From the NCBI GenBank assembly GCA_021432655.1, contig MU271220.1:62001-105898 (forward strand): a stretch of DNA of 43,898 nucleotides. Reading direction: 5' to 3'. The stretch is from Atractiella rhizophila (Eukaryota). Shown here piece after piece: positions 1 to 13,155 of the stretch; position 1 is the stretch's first letter, and every line of letters begins with the position of its first letter. The notes below the pieces were generated by a model that saw only the letters and a program-made list of their open reading frames with translations, had not been told where the DNA came from and made no database searches. A program made the translations under genes and the position numbers.

Positions 1-1
1 G

Positions 2-1123
2 GTCACTCTCACCCTTTCCGTTATCCCCCCGCATGGTCACAATTCCGTTCAAAATCAACATTCGATCTTTGATCATGTTCCCAACCTTTGTGCTTTGAGA
101 AGACTGCGTTCGCTCCAGCTGGATTGCGGAGATGCCGCTCTGCCTGAAGACACGATGCTCGAATCCTCTCTCGACGCACTGAGCCTCGAAATTCAATCCC
201 CATATCAAATCAATGCATGCCACTCCTTCTTCGCCAAATCCTTCGAGACTTTGGTTGATCTTCGCATTGCCGAACACGTTTTCAAACTTACAGCAGATTT
301 TCGAACCTTCATCGAATGTTTCGCTTCCAACGTCGAACGATTGGATATATCTGTACGAGCTGTGAAAGGACTTCCTCATTTACCGCGTCTTTTATGGCTT
401 GCGATTCAAGACGATTCTGAGTCCCAATGTCAAACCCATATGCCGAAGCTCCTAGACATCGTCCCTCACATCCATGGCGCGAAGAAACTCAAAACAATTC
501 GTCTGCGTTATGTGCTCCTTGGGAACGATTTCATACCTGCAAGCTTTGCTCTCCAAAGCTTCTACATCTCCGGTTGGACTGGTGTTGTAGATCCTCTAAG
601 AGGTCTTTTGCAACTCTCCAACGGAGTTCTCCGTTCCCTCTCCCTCCACCTTGTCCACCACAGCGTTCCCGAAGTCCTGGCACTTGTTAGCAACAGTTTG
701 GTTGAACTTCAGCTCGGCACGTTGATGAACGTGGAGAATATTCAAGGCATCACACGCTGTCCAAGCTTACGAACACTGGAGATCCACTCATCTGGCCTAC
801 ATTACCTGCAGGAAATCGAGTCTTACTCAGACACAGGAAAGACGTGGAGCATCGAGTATCTCTTTCTCATTGGAAGTCATATGGATCGTTACGAGCTGGA
901 TTTTATCCTAAAAGCGCGAAGGAATGGGATGTTTCCTTGCTTAAGGAAACTCTGGAGTCCAAGGTGCAGTTATCAGGACTTGGAAGAAGAGATTCAGTGC
1001 GACGGGTTTCAGATTAGCAGCAGAAAGGAGAGGAGAATTCAGTGGCGTAAGGAGGTGGACAGTTTGCTTGGATTGATTTCTAAGCCGAAGTTTGGAGCCG
1101 AAGATTTCTGTGCTGGTTTCTGA
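2..1123 (+). CDS. LRR/RNI-like (probable F-box family) protein, 5' end outside window
   Basis: Frame open from base 2 to TGA at 1121-1123, no introns. Repeated LxxLxL segments (LRRLRSLQL, LKTIRL, LRSLSL, LVELQL, CPSLRTLEI, FPCLRKL). The F-box itself is not visible. Confidence 0.65.
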   Translation, partial: VTLTLSVIPPHGHNSVQNQHSIFDHVPNLCALRRLRSLQLDCGDAALPEDTMLESSLDALSLEIQSPYQINACHSFFAKSFETLVDLRIAEHVFKLTADFRTFIECFASNVERLDISVRAVKGLPHLPRLLWLAIQDDSESQCQTHMPKLLDIVPHIHGAKKLKTIRLRYVLLGNDFIPASFALQSFYISGWTGVVDPLRGLLQLSNGVLRSLSLHLVHHSVPEVLALVSNSLVELQLGTLMNVENIQGITRCPSLRTLEIHSSGLHYLQEIESYSDTGKTWSIEYLFLIGSHMDRYELDFILKARRNGMFPCLRKLWSPRCSYQDLEEEIQCDGFQISSRKERRIQWRKEVDSLLGLISKPKFGAEDFCAGF

Positions 1124-1364
1124 ATTCACTGTGGTCCCGCGTCTCTTGACGAAATCATCCCCAAAACAAATTGTATTCTTTAGCAGGGCATAGTAGTAGA
1201 AACAGTGTTTAAATATTGAGCTCTCCAATAATTCAAGAACAAACGGTGTTCGCGACTGGCAAAATAAGAAATTATCAAAGAATTTCCAAAAGATGTCAGA
1301 ATTCGACGCATGGCAAACATATTTATGGTATGGCACGGGGAGGACGTGTGCACAATGGAGCATA

Positions 1365-1571
1365 CTATCGTTGGAATCCAAACTCGAGGAGAATACTGGC
1401 ACACTCTTCCCTAGTAAGGCTTGGCTTCAGAGCTTCCTCATCCCTCCCCTCATTTTCCTTCCTCTTCTCTTCGGCGGGGTCAACATCTGTGTCTCCCTCA
1501 GCTTCCATCTCGACCGAAGTGTCAGACTGCGTAGAGCCATGACTTTCAAAGAGACGGGCATATTTAAAGGA
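1365..1571 (-). pseudogene. 3' fragment of the homeodomain gene (duplication product)
   Basis: SFKYARLFES...EECASILLEFGFQR* is identical to the end of the 2338-3705 ORF and is cut at the junction. Confidence 0.85.
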
Positions 1572-2097
1572 AAGAGGTCTTTTGCAACTCTCCAACGGAG
1601 TTCTCCGTTCCCTCTCCCTCCACCTTGTCCACCACAGCGTTCCCGAAGTCCTGGCACTTGTTAGCAACAGTTTGGTTGAACTTCAGCTCGGCACGTTGAT
1701 GAACGTGGAGAATATTCAAGGCATCACACGCTGTCCAAGCTTACGAACACTGGAGATCCACTCATCTGGCCTACATTACCTGCAGGAAATCGAGTCTTAC
1801 TCAGACACAGGAAAGACGTGGAGCATCGAGTATCTCTTTCTCATTGGAAGTCATATGGATCGTTACGAGCTGGATTTTATCCTAAAAGCGCGAAGGAATG
1901 GGATGTTTCCTTGCTTAAGGAAACTCTGGAGTCCAAGGTGCAGTTATCAGGACTTGGAAGAAGAGATTCAGTGCGACGGGTTTCAGATTAGCAGCAGAAA
2001 GGAGAAGAGAGTTCAGTGGCGTCAGGAGGTGGACAGTTTGCTTGGATTGATTTCTAAGCCGAAGTTTGGAGCCGAAGATTTCTGTGCTGGTTTCTGA
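1572..2097 (+). pseudogene. Promoterless 3' fragment of the LRR gene (duplication product)
   Basis: ORF 1582-2097 repeats the C-terminal 171 aa of the upstream gene and begins at the duplication junction. Confidence 0.85.
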
Positions 2098-2337
2098 ATC
2101 CACTATGGTCGCGCGTCTCTTGACCAATCATCCCCAAAACAAATTGTATTCTTTAGCAGGGCATAGTAGTAGAAACAGTGTTTAAATATTGAGCTCTCCA
2201 ATAATTCAAGAACAAACGGTGTTCGCGACTGGCAAAATAAGAAATTATCAAAGAATTTCCAAAAGATGTCAGAATTCGACGCATGGCAAACATATTTATG
2301 GTATGGCACGGGGAGGACGTGTGCACAATGGAGCATA

Positions 2338-4638
2338 CTATCGTTGGAATCCAAACTCGAGGAGAATACTGGCACACTCTTCCCTAGTAAGGCTTGGCTT
2401 CAGAGCTTCCTCATCCCTCCCCTCATTTTCCTTCCTCTTCTCTTCGGCGGGGTCAACATCTGTGTCTCCCTCAGCTTCCATCTCGACCGAAGTGTCAGAC
2501 TGCGTAGAGCCATGACTTTCAAAGAGACGGGCATATTTAAAGGAAGACTCGAAAGAAGAATCGCCAGCAGTCTCCTGGCTTGAGCTGGGGAGGTACACTG
2601 ATGGTGTGCGAGCAGGGATCAGGGACTGAGTTCGACGAAGGTTACTTGAAGGTTTGGGTTTTGGTTCCTTCGAGTTGGGTCCCGGTGCCAGGCGCTTGAT
2701 ACGACTAGGTTGGTCGACAGAAATTGAACAGGTCCGGGGAAGAAAGGTAGGAGCTAGTTCGCAGGCGGAAGGGACGGACACAGGGGATGTTGAAGCAAGT
2801 TGGACGGTTCGGACTTTCGCAGTTCGTTCGTTCGAAGTCACATCCTCACGTAATTCCTCCCTCTTCCTCTTCAACTCCGGCATTCTCTCCCTGTCCACAA
2901 CTTTCCCTTCCTTCTTGCATGTCCTCAAAAATGCTTCTTCTCTCGCCGAAATCGATTCCAGATTCAGATTCTTCCGTCTCACGCTGTTCTTGAGACTGAT
3001 TTGGGCCAGGTCAGCCTCTAAGATGGGATCGGAGCCGTCCATCTTTTCCAACAACGATTCCACCCTCTTTAACTGTGGCGCAGACGACAGAGACAGTTGA
3101 TTCACCTCCGCTCGACCATTCGGAGAAAGCGTCAATGAGAGCTCGTGAGGGCGAGAGAACATGAACGTGGATGGAGCAATCGTTCTCCCCATCCCTCGGA
3201 CATTCACAATGCGAGTAGATATGGAATGGAGCGGCGGGGTAGTTCTCGTCCCACACCAGCTTTTGGCTCGGACCATGGGAGCTTTGGTACTTTTCGAAAC
3301 CGGTGCACGCTCGGATGCGGTAGATCGAGGAGGGGAAGGCGGAAGAGTGGCTTCAGATTCCGCACTGTGGATGGTAATCTGAGGAGGGAACATGGCGAGT
3401 CCAGCTTCAAAGATTCCGCTGGCAATGTCGAGATTCGGCTTGACCCATTTCCCTTTCTTGCGCTCGTCTTCGAGGTCGTCATCGCTAAGATCCATGATCT
3501 CTTCTCGCAGAATCTCACTACCCTCCATCAGAAGCCCCCCAAACTCCTTCTGCAACCTATCGTCGGCAAACTTGTAATCCCGGAGCTTCAAAGCCTTGAT
3601 CTCCCGCTTCTTCAGCTCTCTATATCTGATGCTGACTGCACTCTTCTGTTCCTTCAAAGCCACTCGTTCCTCATGTCCCTTCTTCCTCAGAGCCCGAACT
3701 TTCATAACCGTCGATGACTCCCCATCAAGTCCATGCAGCGTTTCGTAATCATAAAATTTATTGTTAACAGCATTCCGGCAGTTGATGGAGTAAAGAGCCG
3801 AGGGGAAAGAAGGGCCGCATGCCTTTCCTCGCAGATTTACGGGTGCAGGGGGAGCCTACTCCGCAGAATCAGACTGGTAAAACACAGACGAGGATGGACC
3901 GGAAACAAACCTGAAAGCTCTCTTCTCGTTCCATCTTGATTGAGACTGGGTCGGTGGCCTTCTTCGCCACGCAGTGGGATTCCACAATTTCTTCGAACCT
4001 GGACCTGTGCGGGCTGGATGGCGGCGTTTGTTCGGAACTGAGAGATGCCTGATCTAGCTCTGGAGGAGGCATAGCATATGGATAGCGATGTGTCTGAACA
4101 AGCACTGGCCTGAAAACAGGTTGCGACTGCTTCTGAGCAAGAGATTCGCGTGCAACCACACGAATCGGCATCTCAATAGCCCCCTTCTTCGCATGCTTAT
4201 GCGTCCACTTCTTCAAGTCGGGATTTATCTTTCTCTCTCGAGTTCTACGCGACAAAGATCACGTTAAACACTCTCCCTTTACCCAAAAACAACAATGAAC
4301 GCGTACCTTCTATTCTGAAACCAAACCTGTATCTTTCTTTCCGTCATATTCATCACTCGAGCAATCTCCTCCCTTTCCTCAAAGGTAGGGGCAGGATTTA
4401 ATCTGAAGAAACCTTCGAGAACATTGGCTTCCTTATGCGTTGTTCTTCTCCTCTTCGCCTTCACTACCTTCTTCCTGGGTGCTGTCGGCAAACGAATGTT
4501 CTCCTGCTCTTCGTCGTCGTTTGCATCCGTCGCGCCAAAGGCGGGAATATGAGTTTTGACAGGGGAAAGTGCAGAGGCAGCACTGAGAAGAGATAGTAAC
4601 CCCTCGTTTTGAGTTGCCATGAGTGTGGAAAATGACAT
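2338..4638 (-). CDS. Homeodomain transcription factor (Yox1/Yhp1-like), about 727 aa, 3 exons
   Basis: Homeodomain KRRRTT...LEGFFRLNPAPTFEEREEIARVMNMTERKIQVWFQNRR. GT-AG introns at 4245-4306 and 3856-3910 join ORFs 4279-4674, 3869-4255 and 2338-3705 in frame. Confidence 0.85.
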
Positions 4639-4952
4639 GGTGTTGTTGTGCTGTTGCAAGGTGAAAAAAGTCATCAGACTTCATGAAAAAAAAAGAGAAA
4701 ACAGTGAAAACCGACTAGTTCTACAATATGCTGAAGAGATTTCCAGCAAAAGATGAGGGGGACTCCCAGAGAATGGTAACCTGTTTTGAAGTCGTGTTCG
4801 CGGTTTGCAAATAGGCAACGCGTTTGAGTTCAAGCACGTGATGTTTTCCATTGCCAAACTTTAGGCGTTTAGTCACGTCCTCTAGTCTTCTAGTCTGCAC
4901 ATCTGAAAGGCGATCAAGAACCACCAAGTTTGTTGAGATCGCTATCGTTGCA

Positions 4953-7027
<2,075 letters not shown>

Positions 7028-7824
7028 AGGCAGTTCTGCCGGAGAATGCGCTAGCACGCTGATCAAGGTTCGCGCTGCAAAGACCTGTAATGATCTGCTC
7101 ACGGTGGCAGCAGTGTCGTACACAACACAGTATATTAAGATTCCAGAATGTAACGGCTTCAAGCCTATTGCTTCATCTCACGTGAGGCTTTTGCTTAGTT
7201 CCCCCTCTCGCCGTCCGACGCTGGCATATGAAAACGAAATCTTCTGAAGACGAAGTAACATTGCCTCTGTTTTCTTTTTCCATAGCCATTCAAACGCCGT
7301 CTGCTTTTCAGAGTCTAAACCCCAGTTCTAATAGACTTGTGGAACTTCCTCAGCGCGTTTTTCGGCCGCTCAGCGAGCACTCAGTGCTCAGTCCTGATTG
7401 ACTTCTTGATAGTGGGCATTCAAACATTCATCGTCCACGTGCTCCCTTTCGGAGCAAGCGTGGATGATTTTGCACTGTGTCCCCAAAGCGACTGCTGTTC
7501 CGCGTGTTGCTTCTGTTGCTGAACGACAGTTTCATCTGAACAATTTGGAACAATTGTTTTGTTTTTGGTTTGCGCTATTAGGCGCCTCATATAAAGAATG
7601 CCTCGCCTTCGACTCGGTTTGTTAGTCCTTCGCTCGATGGAGACAAGGGCCGAGCTTGATAAAGTGCTTCGATAAGAGAATAGTACTTCACGTCGTCGCA
7701 TCGACTATGCTCTGAGCGAGCTCAGTCGTTGTCTTTCTGTAGCTGATGACACTCAGAAGTTTCCGGTCTATCCATAATCTAAATCTTCCCTCGTTCTAAC
7801 GTCGATCCCACCTCCCTCCATAAG

Positions 7825-9849
7825 ATGTCTTTCACTCCTGCAGACTTACCCCCGTCAGCTCAATCTGTGCTGGATCAAGTGATTACAAGACTGCAGCAGG
7901 ATCCTAGCGCTAATCCTTTCCTTATTGTCCACGATGGTAAGTGTCAAGGCTTTCTCCAACATTTGTGCTAACCACTTCCCTAAGTAATCTTCACGCGCTT
8001 CTACCCTCCCGTTCCGAACCATGTCTTCGTTCAACTTTATGTAGTTTCTGGGTAAGGTCTCCTACGACTCAAGTGATTGCACCGCTGACGCTGTTGAGAA
8101 GAATTCTCGGACTCGCCCTTCTAATCAACCTTCTAACATATATCATTCGGCTAAAGAGGAGCAGTAGCTGGTCATTGTTTCGCACATACGGCACTTCTCG
8201 TGGACGATTTCTCCTTCCCCAAACCGTGAGTATCCCAATCATGCTTCTCACGTGAGCTGACATGATGGCACCAACCAGTCAAATACTTGGTGCTGCCTGA
8301 CTGCCATATTTTTGATCGTCGTCCAGCCAGCTATCTACAAAAACATTGACATCTACCGAGATCACAAGACACAGATTTCGTTCGTCCTGTGGAAGTTGCT
8401 GACGTTTCTTCCGCTATGGCTGACTGTGTTATGTGAGGCATGGGGCATGGGTATGTCAAGGAATTCTTTTATTTGAGACATTTCTACATTGATAGACAAC
8501 ATTCCCTTAGCTGCAACACTTCTACTCACAAACGGCTCCAAACCAGAACAGAAAGGAGCTGCATTCCGTCCCCGATGTTCCCCCGTATTAATCAACTCTG
8601 CCTTTCTATTGATTGCGACTCTGGTGCCGGCAGCGGTAATAACACTCTTTGTCTTCGCTAATGTACGCTACAACGATGCTTTTCGATTATTCGAGGCTGT
8701 GCAAGATCGTCTCAAAGAGCAGGCTGACAGTTACAACGGTTCGTCGCATCAAGTTCTCCTGGATCTTGTTCAACTGAATTATACACATGAAAGGGGTCTT
8801 TGATACGACCGTCGTGGAAGCACTGTTACCAATCGGGACAATCTTCTTGAAAGCCATGAAAGACTTCGTCCCTTGTACGCCACTACTACTCAAGGCACAA
8901 TTCTTCTGATCAATGGTCTCAAATCTGGACAGATTTTCGCGTTGGCACAATTATCTACGTCGGCTCCGCCGCAATTCTCCTTTTGTTCTACGTGGTCGTT
9001 TGCTTGCTCCATATCCGGACTCTCAAGGCGCAGATTGATCAGAGCAAAGCCCAGGGTGAAATCAACGGACCCTTGCCTCCTGAAGGGACGGGAAGCAATT
9101 TGTCAGAGAAAATGCAGCACACGCAGAGTATGATACCACAGTATTACAATCTCATTGCTTCGGCACTAACGATCTTAATCTGCGGCATACTTTACATGAC
9201 TGTGGCCGTAATTGCGTTGCTGGAGGTTGAGCAAAAAGTGAGCAGTCCGGCTTTCATAATGGCACAGGTAACACACTCTATTATTTATGCTTTGTCCTCA
9301 TTCTGACAGCACGTCTGCTCAGGTTCTGGCACCCTATTGGATCTATGCTGTTTTAGGAACAGCTGTTCACGTCAGTCCACACATGCCTCAAAATTATTCC
9401 CTTTAACACGCCCACGAATCTAGATTCTTCTGTTTACCCGTGCACTGCAACTGCACTCTGGTCCTAGCCACATTAGGGCGCACGAAACAACTGATCAGAT
9501 GCTGATGCCTCATACCCTATCAGATATTCTGAATGCCCAACAATCACGTTTCCCACTTGGCGAGGCGGAAAACAGCAACAAGTCTTTCTCAGGGTACATT
9601 CGATCAACTAAACCTTCGACTGCAACTGCCCCTAGTTTGGATGACCTAGCGAAATCTCTCGTCGCAAACAGTCCACCCAAAGAATCCATTTTCGGCCAAA
9701 CCATAGGTCCCCTTCCTACCACCATCACAATCTCACCTCTCGCAGCCATAAGAGAAAGGAGACAGGACTTCGGATGGCTGTCGCTGGAAAATCGTGATAA
9801 AGACGACGATCCGAAATTCATGGATCACCCTTTCTCACAGCTGCAGTGA
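7825..9849 (+). CDS. Orphan seven-transmembrane (GPCR-like) protein, copy A
   Basis: Splicing at canonical GT-AG introns gives an open frame MSFTPADLPP...HPFSQLQ* with 7 hydrophobic segments and a hydrophilic Ser/Thr-rich C-tail. Confidence 0.8.
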
Positions 9850-9933
9850 CTTGATCTTTATTGCCTAGTACTAGAATACATTTATCAAATGACTCGAGTG
9901 AACAGCTTCTCGTTACACACGGCCTACAAAGTG

Positions 9934-10420
9934 CTACTCCACAAAGATCTTGCAATCTAAGTCCAGCTCATCAATCAAAAAGGTCCAGATTGTGGTCGTA
10001 AAATTTCAGGATTCGAAACAACGTCGCCCCAATGAGCTAAGTACACATTGTCAGCAGAGCAGTGTCAGACAAAGGGAGACGGACGCCAAATTTGAGGCAA
10101 GCGGTTCCAATCAAAGCTACCACCCCAAGCAGATAATAAGACCTTCTGATAAGTATCAGTAACCACTTGATACCCTTGGACAGTGAGATGCAGGCCATCA
10201 CTGCAAAAGAATATTCAGACGACGAGTTAGCGGACAAAGGAGGACATCACCTCAAATAAAGCTCAGGCCGCCCAGTCTGTCTAATCTTTGTATCGATGGC
10301 AGACCACACGTCGACGCCCAAGGCCACATCTTCTCCTAGCTCATTCGCGACGTCCAATACAGCATCAGCGAACTGCTTCGTCCTTTCCTCGGTCCGATCG
10401 AGCGCCATGGGGATGGGACG
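9934..10420 (-). pseudogene. 3' fragment of IAH1 (duplication product)
   Basis: Near-identical to 13156-13643 (RPIPMALDRTEE...SDGLH) but lacks the GDS-containing 5' exons. Confidence 0.88.
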
Positions 10421-11043
10421 ACTCGCGCCGTGCGACGCTGGCATATGAAAACGAAATCTCCTGAAGACGAAGCATCATTTTCTTTACTTTTTTCATAGTC
10501 ATTCAAACGCCGTCTGCTTTTCAGAGTCTAAACACCCCAGTTCTAATGGACTTCTGGAACTTTCTCAGCGCGTTTTTCGGCCGCTCAGCACTCAGTACTC
10601 AGTCCTGACTGACTTCTTGATAGTGGGCATTCAAACATTCACCGTCCACGTGCTCCCTTTCGGAGCAAGCGTGTGGATGATTTTGCATTGTGTCCCCAAA
10701 GCGACTGCTATTCCGCGTGTTGCTTCTGTTGCTGAACGACAGTTTCATCTGAACAATTTAGAACAATTGTTTTGTTTTTGGTTTGCGCTATTATGCCCCT
10801 CATATATAGAAATGCCTCGCCTTCAACTCGGTTTGTTAGTCCTTCGCTCGATGGAGACAAGGGCCGAGATTGATAAAGTGCTTCGATAAGAGAATAGTAC
10901 TTCACGTCGTCGCATCGACTATGCTCTGAGCGAGCTCAGTCGTTGTCTTTTCTGTAGCTGATGACACTCAGAAGTTCCCAGTCTATCCATAATCTTACTC
11001 TTCCCTCATTCTAACGTCGATCCCACATACGTCCATCCTCAAG

Positions 11044-13071
11044 ATGTCTTTCACTCCTGCAGACTTGCCCCCGTCAGCTCAATCTGTGCTGGATCAAGTG
11101 ATTACAAGACTGCAGGAGGATCCTAGCGCCAATCCTTTCCTTATTATCCAAGATGGTAAGTGTCAAGTCTTTCTCTGACATTTGCGCTAACCACTTCCCA
11201 AAGTAATCTTTATACGTTTCTACCCCCCCGTTCCGAACCATGTCTTCGTTCAACTTTATGTAGTTTCTGGGTAAACTCTCCTACGACTCAAGCATTCGTA
11301 ATGCACTGCTGACAGTGTTGAGAAGAATTCTAGGACTCGCCCTTCTAATCAACCTTCTAACATACATCATTCGGCTGAAGAGGAGCAGTAGCTGGTCATT
11401 ATTTCGCACATACGGCACTTCTCGTGGGCGATTCCTTCTTCCCCAAACCGTGAGTGTCTCAATCATGCTTCTGACGTGAGTTAACATGATGTCAACCACC
11501 AGTCAAATACTTGGTGCTGCCTAACTGCCATATTTTTGATCGTCGTCCAGCCAGCTATCTACAAAAACATCGACATCTACCGAGATCACAAGACACAGAT
11601 TTCGTTCGTCCTGTGGAAGTTGCTGACGTTTATTCCGCTATGGCTGACAGTGTTATGTGAGGCGTGGGGCATGGGTATGTCCAGGAATTCTTTTATTTGA
11701 GACATTTCTGTATTGATAGACAACCATCTATTAGCTGCAACCCTTCTACTTACAAACGGCTCCAAACCAGAACAGAAAGGAGCTGCATTCCGTCCCCGAT
11801 GTTCCCCCGTATTAATCAACGCTGCCTTTCTATTGATTGCGACTCTGGTGCCGGCAGCGGTAATAACACTCTTTGTCTTCGCCAATGTGCGCTACAACGA
11901 TGCCTTTCGATTATTCCAGACAGTGCAAGATGGTCTCAAACAGCAGGCTGACAGTTACAACGGTTCGTCACATCAAGCTCTCCTGGATCTTGTTTAACTG
12001 AATTGTACACATGAAAGGGGTCTTTGATACAGCCGTTGTGGAAGCACTGTTACCAATCGGGACAATCTTCTTGAAGGCCATGAACGACTTCGTCCCTTGT
12101 ACGCCACTACTACTCCAAGGCACATCACTTCTTATCAATGATCTCAAATCTGGGCAGATTTCCGCGTTGGCACAATTATCTACGTCGGTTCCGCCGCAGT
12201 TCTCCTTCTGTTCTACTTGGTCGTTTGCTTGCTCCACATCCGGACTCTCAAGGCGCAGATTGATCAGAGCAAAGCCCAGGGTGGATTCGACGCACGCACG
12301 CCGGAAGGGACGGGGAGCAATTTGTCAGAGAAAATGCAGCACACGCACAGTATGATACCACAGTATTACAATCTCATTGCTTCGGCACTAACGATCTTAA
12401 TCTGCGGCATACTTTACATGACTGTGGCCGTAATTGCGTTGCTGGAGGTTGAGCAAAAAGTGAGCAGTCCGGCTTTCATAATGGCACAGGTAACACACTC
12501 TATTATTTGTGCTTTGTCCTCGTTCTGACAGCACGTCTGCTCAGGTCCTGGCACCCTATTGGATCTATGCCGTTTTAGGAACAGCTGTTCACGTCAGTCT
12601 AGACATGCCTCAAAATTATTGCCTTTAACGCTCCCATGAATCTAGATTCTTCTGTTTACGCGTGCACTGCAACTGCACTCTGGTCCTAGCCACATTAGAC
12701 CTCACGAAACAACTGATCAGATGCTGATGCCTCATACCCTGTCAGATATTCTGAATGCCCAACAATCACGTTTCCCACTTGGCGAGGCGGAAAACAGCAA
12801 CAAGTCTTTCTCAGGGTACATTCGATCAACTAAACCTTCGACTGCAACTGCCCCTAGTTTGGATGACCTAGCGAAATCTCTCGTCGCAAACAGTCCACCC
12901 AAAGAATCCATTTTCGGCCAAACCATAGGTCCCCTTCCTACCACCATCACAATCTCACCTCTCGCAGCCATGAGAGAAAGGAGACAGGACTTCGGATGGC
13001 TGTCGCTGGAAAATCGTGATAAGGACGACGATCCGAAATTCATGGATCACCCTTTCTCACAGCTGCAGTGA
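11044..13071 (+). CDS. Orphan seven-transmembrane (GPCR-like) protein, copy B
   Basis: Same exon structure as copy A. The apparent stop at 11995-11997 lies inside a GTTCGT...AAG intron, so the frame is intact. Confidence 0.8.
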
Positions 13072-13155
13072 CTTGATCTTTATTGCCTAGTACTAGAATA
13101 CATTTATCAAATGACTCGAGTGAACAGCTTCTCGTTACACACGGCCTACAAAGTG

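Larger units (their letters stand above)
598..2544. repeat. Tandem duplication, two copies of about 973 bp (598-1571, 1572-2544)
   Basis: aagaggtcttttgcaactc starts at 598 and 1572. gagacgggcatatttaaagga ends both copies. Copies look identical apart from a few central differences. Confidence 0.97.

Noticed and set aside
598..2544. Direct repeats as LTRs or a transposon
   Set aside because: The copies are adjacent, consist of host gene ends, and lack TG..CA termini, target-site duplications or RT/transposase ORFs.
8737..8803. Apparent premature stop or frameshift in the 7-TM copies (also 11995-11997)
   Set aside because: Resolved by a GTTCGT...CTGAA...AAG intron, giving YNGVFDT in frame.
7825..13071. 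7-TM genes as STE3 pheromone receptors
   Set aside because: No Ste3-like motifs recognised and no short CaaX pheromone ORFs noticed nearby.
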